DNA from: Octopus vulgaris
Lineage: Eukaryota
Length of the DNA stretch: 64,000 nucleotides
Reading direction: 5' to 3'
Assembly (NCBI GenBank): GCA_951406725.2
Contig: OX597815.1
Location: forward strand, 111,662,001-111,726,000
A program made the translations under genes and the position numbers. Shown here piece by piece: positions 40,478 to 53,683 of this stretch. Numbering within the stretch: position 1 is the stretch's first letter; every line of letters begins with the position of its first letter. The notes under the pieces are model-generated. The model saw only the letters and a list, made by a program, of their open reading frames with translations, made no database searches and was not told where the DNA came from.

Positions 40478-42498
40478 TTTATTAATTACACAATCGAAAT
40501 AGCAATAGAAGACCGTAGGTATTGAGTCAGAGTAAAAATTTATATAAAACAAGAAAATTATATTCGCAAAAATTGCTACAGCTGACATAAAAGTATGGAA
40601 GTAATTAGTTCCTAGCTTTTAATTTCTGTATTTGTGTTTCTTTATTTATTTCCCTTCTGCTTTTTATTCTTCATTTTCTTTCTTCATTTATTTAGGATAG
40701 TTGATAGAATACTGTGAATATAAGAAGGAAAAAAAAACAAGTCAATTCATACTGATCGTTTTGTTTCAAAAGTTAAACTTCCCAGTCAAAGTAGAATGAT
40801 ACTATAAATATAAATTAATAACGCAGTATAATACTTAATGTGATATTGACTAGACAGCACCCTCATGAACTTCAAATGATATAGTGAAAAGCCTAAAGCA
40901 ATAAAGCTTTTTCGTTTAGATGTCTATAAACCTTGAAAAGAAAATGTATTTTCTATTAATTGTCATCAATATAACGAAGGTGAGATGGGTAGGGGTGTTT
41001 ATAGGAAATTAGATTTCTCCCTTAATGCTATTACGTCTTCGATAATTACTAATCGTTGTTCTCCATCTGCACTTATCCAGTATTAATGGTCGTTATCAGA
41101 TTGGTGATACAGGCTTCTGTGGAGTGTGAGTTACTTCTTTGCTTTTCTTCCGACGTTTTTTGGTGAATCCCTTCTTTAAATTATTTCTCCTCCAAATTTT
41201 ATTATGAATAATCTGCTCACTTTTATTTGAATGTCACTATTATTTTCATTTTGTAAGAATATTCTTTAGTAAGACGTCTCTACATTTCTATACTTTCGAT
41301 TCTGTAATTTTCCAGTATTCGCAATTATTTATAAGTTTCTCCTGCATTTTACAACATAGTATTTCAAGACTAGCTTGGCCTATAAATAGATTGTGTTAAT
41401 CATCGTAGTCCCAGTAGATTTTCTCTCGGGCATCTTCCTAATTATCCTATTCAAGTTTTTGAATGTTTTGTTTCGTTTCTCTTTCCATTATTTCTATAAT
41501 TCTGCAATAAACTTTGGTACTTGGATAACTAATTTTTTTCAATGATCAAATGACATCACCTTATTTATCCTTACTCTTCATAATCAATATATACACACAA
41601 ATACACCCGAAATACCACAAAATATCCTTACTTAATGACATTAATAATTGAAGAAGATTAAGGTTTTTATTCATTTTGGTGTATAATTTGATGTCATTCA
41701 CATATAGCTAATAATCGATCTCTTTTAGTAAAGTTCATAAGCAGGTTGTATTTCCTCACAATGCTTATAAAAGCAATCAAAATGATCTCGGAAAATAACG
41801 GTAAAACTATTTCTTCGTGATATTCACATTTTCTAATGATTCATGCCCGCATTAAAAATTATATACTGCTACTGTCCTTGTTCACATTTATAAAAAAGTT
41901 GGCAAAGAACCAATACGATATATAGTAATCTACCAGTTCCACTTGATGTTTCTTCTACGCCGACGCTCATATAGCATTTTCTACTAGAAAAAGTTATACA
42001 GCCCACCGGACGCTATATTATTGTGCATACACATGCATACGCTACATGTGTATATGTACCTGTATGTATGTGCTTTGTGCGTTCAAAATGTATCCTACTT
42101 AATATATTTTCGGCGTGTGCAAAATCATTAGGGTGGGAGATGCAACCAACCATCCTACGCATGCGCAAAATTTTCGCGCCGGCAGGCAGCGTCTGAACTT
42201 AAGGCGTGACAGGTAGAAACTCGCTCGGTCTATCTACAGAAATTCTTTGAATAAAACTTCAGTAATAAAATCCTTTTGACTTCATCGCTAAAGTCTCTGG
42301 GGGCAAGTCTATTCTTGTGCTGATGCTTCTACCTCAGATCAATTGGATTCGTTCTACCTTCGTTGAAGTTCATTTTCATATAGCTGACTCATTCTGTGAT
42401 TCAGGTGCCATGATCTACATCTGCGATTGTGTTATTGCTCTCAACGACTTTTGGTCGTTTATGTGTAGTTAGGGTAGCACGTGCTTGCACGTAAAAGC

Positions 42499-42641
42499 TC
42501 TTCTTCTTCTTCTTCTTCTTCTTCTTCTTCTTCTTCTTCTTCTTCTTCTTCTTCTTCTTCTTCCTCTTCCTCTTCTTCTTCTTCTTCTTTTTCTTCTTCT
42601 TCTTCTCCTCCTCCTCCTCCGTCTTCTTCTTCTTATTTTTA

Positions 42642-42716
<75 letters not shown>

Positions 42717-42738
42717 TATTATTAGTATTATTATTATT
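42499..42738. repeat. (TTC)n then (TTA)n microsatellite
   Basis: Seen directly. Confidence 0.95.
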
Positions 42739-43481
<743 letters not shown>

Positions 43482-43734
43482 TCATTAGCGTCTTCTTTCG
43501 AATGTCTTTCAATTTCTCGTCGAGTGTTTTCTTGACACCTTAGGGGAGAAACGTACTGTATCCATTGTTAGGTTATTAAAACAAACACACCAGATTGTTC
43601 ATTTACACAGTCACATGATATAGAAAAAGAGGATGACAGAAAGAAGAAGGATTTTTTAAAAAAAAGAAAAGTAAACAAATAAAATAAAGTGGTGGAAAAG
43701 GAAATAATATTTACAGCGACAATTTTATTCTCAA

Positions 43735-46700
43735 CTAGCAGAATTGCCCGGCGTTGCTCGGGGCTGAATTGTTTGAAAGTACTGTTAATGATTGCACTGA
43801 ATTATGATGATTATTCAGGCAGATATTGATATAAGTTTACGGCGAATGAATGTATTTGTAAGTGTATAGAAAGCCGCGAACCTCTTTGGGTACCGTTTAG
43901 TGCACACGTGGTCTTTGTGGCATGAGGAGAACTTTTGAAAACCAGGACCGCACGGACCGTGTACCATGTGTGCCTTCACAATGTCGTACAGCTGCCGGTC
44001 AACAGTTGGGTCCGGAAATTCTGCTGCAATGAGATCATCAAGAACTGTTGAGTCTATTTTGTTGACCAACCAAAGCAAAATGTGCGCGTGTGGCAACCCT
44101 CTTTTCTGTCACACAACAGTATACATGTGGCAGTTAACAGGCCCAAAAACCTGGCCTTTTTTTATTAAAAGAATGAGCTTAGCCAGTTTCTGCCTGAAAA
44201 CTCTTGCAATAATATCATGGCGATGACAGTACTGCTGCCCTGGGAGAAGTTCTCGCGTTACCTCAACCCACTTTGGGTTACATGTAAAGGTAATGAATAA
44301 ATCGGGTCGCCCATAATGCCGAACGTAAGTCATAGCGTCTTGTGTTCGCTCGTGCATGTTCCGTGGGCCCCCTGTATAGGTTGAGGGGAGAATGCACATT
44401 TTTCCGATATTGCGGGCGTCAGTGTCATTCCTGATGCCATCACGCAAATGGATGTAGGAGTCTGAGCGCAGCTGCTTTTGATTCAATTTGATTAAGCCCA
44501 GTCTCTCGGACTCCATCTTTGCAGCCATGTCAACTGCAAACTGGTGAAACAGTTCTCGTGATCTGTGCAGGGGGTTGAAATCATTATGCCTTGTCATGAA
44601 GCGGTATGAGTAAAAAGCCATACATGAAACAGTTTTAGATGTCGCAGCCGAGGGCTCGTTTGGTTTGTGGTGAGGAATACTGAAATGGTACCCGTCTTCT
44701 CCATACGGAAAAAGAAGGGCATACTGCAGGGCGTCATATGACCGATGCGTCTCATTAATACGCTGAAGACCACTGTCGCGGCTTTGAAGAACTATGTCCC
44801 GCTGCTTGTGCTGTTCACCATGGAGAACTATGGCCACGTCATTGCACGAAGGAGCGTTATATCGCCGCGCGTGCTCCCCAGAAGGCCTTTTGTCAGCATC
44901 GATGACAATGGTGAATGTTGGTGAAGGGGCTGTTTCCAAGGCGTATTTGAAACTGCGAATATAGCTGTTGTGGTCATGAAGCATGTTTTGCAGAGTGAGC
45001 AGCACGTCCCTGTCGAAATTGTCAGCGTCAATGTTTGCAGGTTGTGGAATTACGTCGAAACGCAAACCAAGTTGCCTATTGTAATTTGTAATGAAATAAA
45101 TTTGAAGGAACGAAGGTTTGCAATTTTGTAGTGGCTGGAATGACCCAATAAGGTGGTACACCTGGCCCTGGACCTTGAAAGTAGGCATTCAACCAGTTTC
45201 TCTGACAACGTTAGCCCCGAAAGAAGTCATCTGAAATGCCCAATTGTATTTCCTGATGAGTTGAAGGAATTTTGATGACCTTGAGGTGGAACCAGTAAGT
45301 AATTCCTTCAAAGGGTCTGGCAGCTCCCGAAGAGGGGGCACACTGACCTTACCGTTTAAGCAGCACATCGCAGGTGGTTCCCCAGCCCACTTTTTAGCAT
45401 TGCGGAATTGGCAATTGAAGCACATTTCGCCAATATTTATGTCAGCGTGCATCGAGTAATTGAAGTTGGGCTCATACTTGAAACCACGTAGATGCCAGTA
45501 AGGTGTGTTTGGACTCGTCAGACCGCAGCGTCGACTGTTCCGCTGGAATGTAGAACGTTGCTGGTCTGAGTTGTGGGAATGTGTCGAAAACGTTGAAGCA
45601 GCAGTAGCCGCAGCGTTTGTAGCCAGTCGAGTAGCCCTTTGTTGTGGGTCCTCTGAAGACCTTTGTGCAGCAACAGCAGAAGCGTTTATGGCGCTGCGCT
45701 CCGCCTTTTTCGCCGCTGCTGCTGCAGTATGGCGGCCGAGGCGACTTCTCTTTTTCGGTGGCATTTTATGTGAAAAAGAAAGGGTGAAAGTTACTTAAAG
45801 ATAGAAATTGTAATGTGAATGAAATGTGGAAAAATGTAAACCGTGGAAGGAAAAGAAATAAATATTAGCAGCTGAAAGAATTTTTTATGCAAGTATAGCG
45901 ACAGAGTGTGTAAAATGTATAGAAATTTGAGTTAAAAGCTAGAAAAGAAAGTTAGATTTGCAAGAAAGGAAGTAGTTTATGTACATGTTCGAAATGTGAA
46001 GTGTTTTAGTTGTTTAATCAAATATTTGCGTAAAGTGTATAGAAACGTAAATTGAAAAAGAAAATGAATTGAAATTTTTAAGAAAGGAATTTGTTTACAT
46101 ACATGTGTGAAATGGCAAATGTTTGTGCAGTTGTCCGAAATGGAACCAGGGTAAATGTGTGGAACTGATGTATTATAATGAATAGTCCTTCTTGAACTGA
46201 AAACCAATGGTGTAGCATATAAGAGCATAAGGGATCTTCTTCTAGCCAAAATGGATGACCAGTCTGAATGGCTCACCCCTGTCACACACACACACACACA
46301 CACACATGCACACACACACACACATATACACACACACGCGCGCACAGACACACATGCACACACACACACACGTTAGCTTACAATGTCTGTCAACATTTGA
46401 CACTGTCGTATATATTAGCGTGCCTATGTGTCTAAAGAGGAAGTGGGAGTAATAGGCAGAGTAAATGCTTCAAAGTGAAAGAGTGAAATGTGAAAATATC
46501 GAGTTTTCTTGAATTTTGTCTTAATTGGGGGTGAAATTGAAAGAAATTTTGTATGGCATGACCGAATGGAAGTACTTGTAAAAATCATAGGTAAACTGTA
46601 ATTGAAGAAATTGTGTGAGTAGTAAATCGTTATGTATTTATTTGTTTCTGTTTGCTGTTTTTTTTTTGAGTAGTGTTGTAAGGTACACTTGCAAAGAGAA

Positions 46701-46988
46701 AGTAGGAGAAATTAGGGTGATAGCAAGAGTGAAGCATTTCGCTCCGTTTGTGTGTGTGTGTGTGTGCTGTAGCACACACTAAGAAAAGCACTTCACTTAC
46801 ACACCACAATGTGAGTTTTCTCAAAATTTTGCTTAATTGGGGTTGAAATTTGAAAAACTGTTTCTGGCACGACCCGATGTATTCTACTCTTTAAAATGCT
46901 AGGTAAATATTATTGAAGAAATCCTATATTGTAGATTTCTATAAGAGACAAAGGGAGGCAGATAAAATCTGCCTTTTATAATAAGAGA
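43735..46988 (-). mobile_element. Helitron, internally deleted (Rep N-terminal half kept, helicase lost), both termini present
   Basis: 5' A|TCTCTTATTATAAA at 46988; 3' hairpin cccgagcaacgccggg then CTAG|T at 43735; inserted between A and T without TSD. Confidence 0.92.
43870..45764 (-). pseudogene. Helitron RepHel pseudogene (Zn finger + Rep HUH region)
   Basis: One reading frame with two TGA stops: MCCLNGKV, FQMTSFGA, PTFKVQGQVYH, SYDALQY, YGRPDLFITFTCNPKW, *QKRGLPHAHILLWL and MVHGPCG; truncated after CTKRYPK. Confidence 0.92.
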
Positions 46989-46989
46989 T

Positions 46990-48065
46990 ACGTGTGGCAT
47001 ACAATTGTGCTCTTCCCGTATGGATGGTAAGCCAGGGAACAATTCTTAAATAATTTTTGTCCGTTTTTTATCATTCCAAGCGCTTCTGCAATCAATGGTA
47101 TTGTAACCGTCTTGAGATGCCACGTCTTTATATTTCGAATAGCTGATCATTATATTTTCTGAGCTTATCATATTCTTTTGCCGAGATATTATGGTTAGAG
47201 AGTATGCTGATGACAATCAAAATACAGTTTTTATTGCTTGTATCTTTCACATCAATATCAGTTTTATTTGCCTGACACGACAATTCATGGTGCCCTCCAC
47301 CCTAAGGCAAATGGACACAGGCTCTAGATGAAAAGAGGTAAGGGTGGACGTGGGCTGACTGAATATTCATTCTCACCTCATAGTGCACGTTGAGTTTACG
47401 TAGGACTACAGAAAGTGGGACCAAAGCTTTAACGGATAACAGAGGTGAACAAGAGTCTCCTTAGAAGATATCTCTTTTGATTGCTACCTTTGCTACGTGC
47501 TGGTTGTTACAGGAAAGATGCGTTTTCCATCTAGGCATGTTGTTCTTAATCAGTGCACTCAAGTTCTCAGCTATTCAACATATATCAAGTGTTTCCCAGA
47601 TCCATGAATGCGGCAACATATCGTAAACCTTTTTGAATTCTATCCAGGCCATGTATAATTTTGTTTTGTGCCGTTTACAGTTCTTCATTATAACCTTGTC
47701 TATCACAAGGTAGTACTCAGTGCCCTTGGATCATTTTTGGCATCCCTTTTGTTCTACTAGCAGAAGTTTGTTTTCTGCAAGGAACGCATATATTTTCCCT
47801 TCGAGGGTAGCTGTTAATACTTTATATAGAACTAGCATTGCCCTTTGATCCGTCTTTCATTAACAATGTTGTTCTTCCCTCTACCATCCACTACGGAACT
47901 GTACTACTCTGTAGGCAATTGTCTAATTGCAACGCAATTCACTTGTATATTGATCTAAAACACTTGAGCCAGTAGCATTAAATTTCGTCTGGTTCTGACG
48001 CTTTCCAGTTTGGCAGTTTTGATATTTGTGCAATGACATCTTCCGTTGTTATGTGCACACGGTCC
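46990..48065 (-). mobile_element. Decayed, internally deleted R4/Dong fragments (RT N-terminal part + RLE)
   Basis: ITTEDVIAQISKLPNWKASEPDEI*CYWLK, WMVEGRTTLLMKD and RLE remnant DIDVKD..CILI..KEYDKLRKY..WHLKTVTIPLIAEALGMIK. Confidence 0.75.
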
Positions 48066-48385
48066 CGTCGTGGGGGTCTCCCATATGGAGGAGGGGCAAG
48101 ACGTTTCGCAGAACCACGGTGCTGTGTGGATTGATTCCGTGAGATACGAACTCCATCAAGCGGAGGCTCACGACAGGACCATGTCGGCATAACAACAGCC
48201 GATGTCATTGCATAAATATCAAAACTCCACGGATGGTGTGGGAAGATGTTATTGCATACATATCACAATCCCCCAGATGGGAGTGTGGCAAGAAGTTTCG
48301 CACAACCAGACTGCTGAGTGGATTCATTCCGTGAGATCCGAACTTCATTACCCGGCAACTCCACAACGGGCCAGGTGCGCATAAT
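48066..48385 (+). mobile_element. Inverted, duplicated Dong fragments
   Basis: NHGAVWIDSVRYEL..QDHVGITTADVIA*ISKL and a second copy HNQTAEWIHSVRSEL. Confidence 0.65.
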
Positions 48386-48393
48386 AATAATAA

Positions 48394-48490
<97 letters not shown>

Positions 48491-48512
48491 AAGAAGAAGA
48501 AGAAGAAGAAGA

Positions 48513-48558
<46 letters not shown>

Positions 48559-48612
48559 AGAAGAAGAAGAAGAAGAAGAAGAAGAAGAAGAAGAAGAAGA
48601 AGAAGAAAAAGA
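48381..48612. repeat. (TAA)n then (GAA)n microsatellite
   Basis: Seen directly. Confidence 0.95.
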
Positions 48613-50580
48613 AGAGACAACGCCTGAATGGCTCATAAGAACCAGAGACAATGCCTGAATGGCTCACGAAGGGGAAAACCATCGTAATTCCCAAATCAAA
48701 TAAGACAGCAAAACCAGAAAACTACAGACCAATAACCTGTCACCCTACAATGTACAAAGCATTCACTGCAGTAATATCACAAATATTAAACAAGCACCTG
48801 GACGAAAACAACCTGTTTTCAGAAGAGCAGAAAGGATGCCGCAAATGCTCATATGGCTGTAAAGATCAACTAATGATCAATAAAGCCATAACTGAAGACA
48901 GCCACAGAAAGAAAAAAGGCCTCAGTATGGCCTGGATCGACTACAGAAAGGCGTTTGCTAGCATCCCCCACACATGGATCCTCGAAACACTAGCCATTAA
49001 CAAAGTAGCACCAGCAATTATAAAATATATAGGACACTCTATGAATAAATGGTACACAGTGCTACAGCTCCAAACAAAAGAGGGACTCATGAAAACCAAA
49101 GCCATCCCCATTAGATAAGGAATATTCCATGGAGACACGCTCTCTCTACTCCTTTTCTGCTTGGCACTGTTACTTCCATCTGATATGCTAAATAGAACTG
49201 GATGCAGATATAAATGTTACGGCAAAACGATCAGCCACCTTTTATATATGGATGACCTAAACTATACACTACAAATGACAAACAGCTGGAAACACTACTA
49301 AAGGCAGATCATGGATTCACCAAAGAAATAGATATGAAATTTGGATTAGAAAAATGCGCCAAAGTAACCATGAAAAGGGGAAAACTAGTTAAGAGTAGCA
49401 ACATCACACTAGAAAAAGCCAATGAAATAAGAGTATTAGACCAGAGCCAAACTTACAAATAGTTAGGAATCCATGAACTAGATAAGACACAACACACACA
49501 AATGAAAGAGAAAGTAAAGAAAGAATACTATAGACGAGTTAGATCAATACTAAAAACAGAGCTCAATGTTAAAAACAATATAATAGGTATTAACACTTTA
49601 ACCGTACCAGTTATATGTTACAGCTACAATATCCTTAACTGGACGCTAAATGAACTAATCAAAATAGATAGAAAATAAAGAAAAATAATGACAGGATGTA
49701 GGATTCATCACCAAAAATCTGACGTAAAAATGCTATATATACAACGTATAGAAGGTTGTAGAGGCCTTATGAAGCTGGAAAACTACTATAAAATAACCAC
49801 CATAGGACTGCAGTGCCTCGGAAAACTGATACAAATAGCGGCAAAACACGAGCAAAACAAAAGATTGTTCTCAGTATTTAAGGAAGCTGACAAATACAAA
49901 CAAGAAATCATACCACCTAACAAATAAAGAAGAAGAAGAAGAAGAAGAAGAAGAAGAAGAAGAAGAAGAAGAAGAAGAAGAAGAAGAAGAAGAAGAAGAA
50001 GAAGAAGAAGAAGAAGAAGAAGAAGAAGAAGAAGAAGAAAACACAACAAAAGCTATAAAGCAAATGAAAACCAAACTAAAATTAGAACAGCAACGGACCA
50101 TGATAAAACGATGGCAAGAAAAGCCCCTTTATGGCAAGTACTAGACTAAACTAAATGCAAAAGAAATAGACAAAAAAATCCCAGCAGTCGTTGGGAAGCT
50201 CAGGACTCAAAGCAGAGGCAGGGGGATTTTTAATTGCAGCACAAGACCAAAGCCTCCCCACCAGAAATTACCAAAAACATGTAATGAAAAGAAATATAAA
50301 AAGTAACTGTAGAATATGTGTAGATGGACAAGAAACAATAAATCATATTATCTCTGGCTACCCAGTCCTGGCTAAGAAGGAATATATTCACAGACACGAC
50401 AGAGTTGGGACCTACATACACTGGAAGCTATGCCAACATTATGGAATAACAACAGAAAATAGATAGTATAGGCACACACCAGAAAAGGTCACAGTAAACG
50501 AGAAAGCAACCATACTCTGGGATATGCCAATACACACAGATAGAGAAATGAAGGCCAACAGGCCAGATATAGTTGTCAGA
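48613..50580 (+). mobile_element. R4/Dong retrotransposon (second family), truncated pseudogene
   Basis: PEWLTKGKT..PENYRPITC, EEQKGCRK..GCKDQL, AWIDYRKAF, LYMDDL, IAAQDQSLPTRNY, CRIC..ETINHIISG, RHD and KANRPDIVV; stops and frameshifts; (GAA)n inside at 49927-50040. Confidence 0.92.
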
Positions 50581-50604
50581 TATTAACAAAATATCATCAT
50601 GCAA

Positions 50605-51060
50605 TGCAACTCAGGCATTTAAGTTGATAGGGTTTTTCTAATGATATGGGCAGTACTATGAGACATAGTTCTTCTGGGATATTGTCTAAATTTTTCTGAC
50701 ATCACTTTTTATCATACCTAGGACAACTACAATGATATGAACCATTCATTTTTAAGATGCCATTTTTGAAGATCTTTTGTATTTCATTTTCCAGGTCCTT
50801 ATATTAACTTAATTTGTCAAATTCCTTCCTCATCTTTAATGATTATGTCTGGCCGACTATCCTTGATCGTTCTGTCGGTATTGACGGTAAAACCCAGGAA
50901 ATAGTGGCAGTTTTAACTGCAACGACTGGCTTAGGATGATATTCCTACAAGTAAGCAGGAATGCCGATTTTGTAGTGTAACATATTTTCCAGACAATATT
51001 ATATTTTACTTTCTGGTTTAACATATTCACGTCACATTCCTCCACCAGACAGATGACCGA
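50605..51060 (-). mobile_element. Old Dong RLE/C-terminal fragment
   Basis: SRPDIIIKD, EFDKLS*YKDLENEIQK, VLGMIK and STAHIIRKTLST*. Confidence 0.7.
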
Positions 51061-51777
51061 TGACAGATGTTTATATGTGAATCTCTAGCACTAAAGACAC
51101 TCCTTCAAGACACAACTTGTAAGAAAGATTCGATAACAAGAAAATTAATCTTTAAAAATAAACAGACCAAAATTCGACAAACAAACATAATCATTAACTA
51201 AGGAGATACAAATGAATACATAGACAGCTAAATTAAATATTCATCACGCAAACTGCAAACTTATTGAACATGAAGAAAATATAATAAAACGAACACACAC
51301 TTTTCAAACAGAATATAAAAAGAAACCAATAGTCATACTGCTTCCGAAAATTTGCTCGTTGGCGACGATGATGGCAAAAAAAAGCATATCAGGGCAATAA
51401 TAACAACAACGATAACATTATTGCTGTCATTCACATAGAGACAAATATTATCGAGTGAGAAGTGGATGGATGGAAGCAAAAAATTGTTTCATAAATGGTA
51501 GCCAATCTAATTGTTATGCATGGACTGAGAACATTTATATTCATATTTGTCAGAAAATTATATTTTGTAAGAATCTCGTTTCTTATCCAGATAATTCATC
51601 AAAAGCAGGCAAAGTGACAACTAATTCACGTTTCCATCGCAAGCGAAAGGTTCCCTACCCTCGTTTCTTGAAGAATAAGCTTAAAAACTGAAATATATTT
51701 GGTCAAATAACAATATATAAGGCATCTTCAATCTAAGCTTGAATAACATAGGCAAATCATGACCACAGATAATGTCC

Positions 51778-51840
<63 letters not shown>

Positions 51841-51841
<1 letters not shown>

Positions 51842-52276
51842 ATTCAGTAGTTTTATTTTCATAGCGTGCTTTCACTTCACTACCGAGCGCCGCTCTGTGT
51901 GCCTTGGGTATGTGCTGTGATTTGTTGTGATGCTCTGATGGTTATTGTATGGAAACTGTTCTGCGTAGGGTGTGTGCAGTGCCTAGTAGTGCAATTTTCT
52001 GTATGTTATATGTGTTTGTAAGTCCTGCTGTTTTAGTTATGTATTTGTCTGAATATTTCTTTATCATGCCTAATGCATCTACTATGATAGGAATTGTTTC
52101 TGTTTTTAGATTCCACATTCTGGTTACCTCTATTTCTAGGTCTTTGTATTTTGAAACGTTCTCCATTTCTTTTAGAGACACGTTGCCATCTGCCGGTATT
52201 GATACATTCAATTAGAAAACATTTTTTTCTTCATGATCTCTGACAACTATATCTGGTCTGTTGGCCTTAATTTCTC
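51841..52276 (-). mobile_element. 5'-truncated Dong 3' end (same family as 48613-50580) between (TAA)n arrays
   Basis: KANRPDIVVRD, SKYKDLEIEVTRMWNLKT..IQKIALLGTAHTLRR*, then 3' UTR; (TTA)n at 51778-51840 and 52277-52454. Confidence 0.92.
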
Positions 52277-52294
52277 TATCTTTGTGTATCGGCA

Positions 52295-52393
<99 letters not shown>

Positions 52394-52454
52394 CATTATT
52401 ATTATTATTATTATAATTATTATTATTATTAATATTATTATTATTATTATTATT

Positions 52455-53010
52455 GAGTGAGCGAGCAGAGCATGCCATCAAAGTGACACTGGGGTAAAAT
52501 ATACGAAGCCCAATATACCCATCATGACTACCCGTCTGAAAAAGGTTCACCGGGCACATGCATCACAACCATATGTGCGCGACATGGTGATCTCATATCA
52601 AGATAAACAGCACATGACCTTGCAGGTGGGGCCCAGTTAGAATTTTCTTCAGGTTGAGTAGCCCATCCCGCTCAAACGGTCCCTGAATAAATGTTGTTTA
52701 AGGATGTTGAAAGAACCACCCATGTTTCCAGAGGTGAACTATTCAAACTCCAAAGAATCCCTCTCAACACATGGCTATGATGCTCCCCCACTACTTCTGC
52801 TCGTGATCAGAGATGCACATATCGTCAGCCACTAAGGGACATGCTCAACTGGTTAAAGTCAAACAACTGACAAGCAAATCTGTGGTATTGAGCAGAATAT
52901 TTGCTGTAGCCCATCTTTTATACCAAGACAAAACAATGTACATGATAACACTTCCAATCAGTTAAGATCAGAAGCCATGAGAGCCACTGCCTGGTACTGC
53001 ATCAGGGCAT
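52455..53010. mobile_element. ~556-bp non-coding interspersed element, copy 2, between (TTA)n arrays
   Basis: Same ends and colinear sequence as 42739-43295. Confidence 0.85.
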
Positions 53011-53020
53011 TTATTATTAT

Positions 53021-53657
53021 TGTTATTTGAAATATGGGTTTATGTCGAACAGCTACTGTCACGTGTAGGACGGATCCGACTATCGGCCGAATCCATAGTG
53101 AAGATTGCCCCGCCGACCTCCTTTAACAAGGAGGGCGAGGCCGTTTTCTTGTGCCTTGTGGCTGTGGCGAAAGAAGTTGTGTGGTGGACTCGTTTGAAAG
53201 GCCTAAAGTCAGACACTTTCCTCTTTGGTCAAGGCCTCATCAACTTTTTCAAGTTTCACTTGAAAAGGAAGATGAGGTTAGAGAGGAAAGTGCTGTCCGA
53301 TAGCAAGTTTTATGAAAGGTGGGTGAATTGTGCGAGACTGGCCTGTATAAATGGACCAGTTCTCAGGTTTCGCCTGTGATTTCAAAGAAAAAGGTAATGT
53401 AAAAGGAGAAGAAAGGGGACTCTCTACACCCCCTTTTTTTGACCAGGCTCCCGTTGGCTTTTGTAGGGTTTTTTACCAGGAACCTTTCGAAACGTCTCCC
53501 CCTTTTGGGAGTTTTTCATTGTTTTAATAATCATTGTTTTAAAAGTTTTTTTACACGGATTTTTTAACAAACGGACAAAACCCTTTGTAACCTTTCGTCC
53601 TGTCTTGTCCCTTTATGTAATCATGCGTGTCAGCCCTTGTGGCCAATAAAAAAGAAT
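53021..53657 (+). mobile_element. 5'-truncated Tx1/L1-clade LINE (ORF2 C-terminus + 3' UTR)
   Basis: IWVYVEQLL..LVAVAKEVVWWTR..KFYERW resembles the Tx1 ORF2 C-terminus; 3' UTR ends AATAAA(53645)aaagaa; flanked by ttattattatt. Confidence 0.75.
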
Positions 53658-53683
53658 TGATTATTATTATTATTATTATTATT

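Noticed and set aside
42128-42475. Segment bounded by ttagggt with two AATAAA and a cgcatgcgca motif (solo LTR, promoter or telomere-targeted insertion)
   Set aside because: A 7-bp match can be chance; no TG..CA ends, no second copy and no telomeric array
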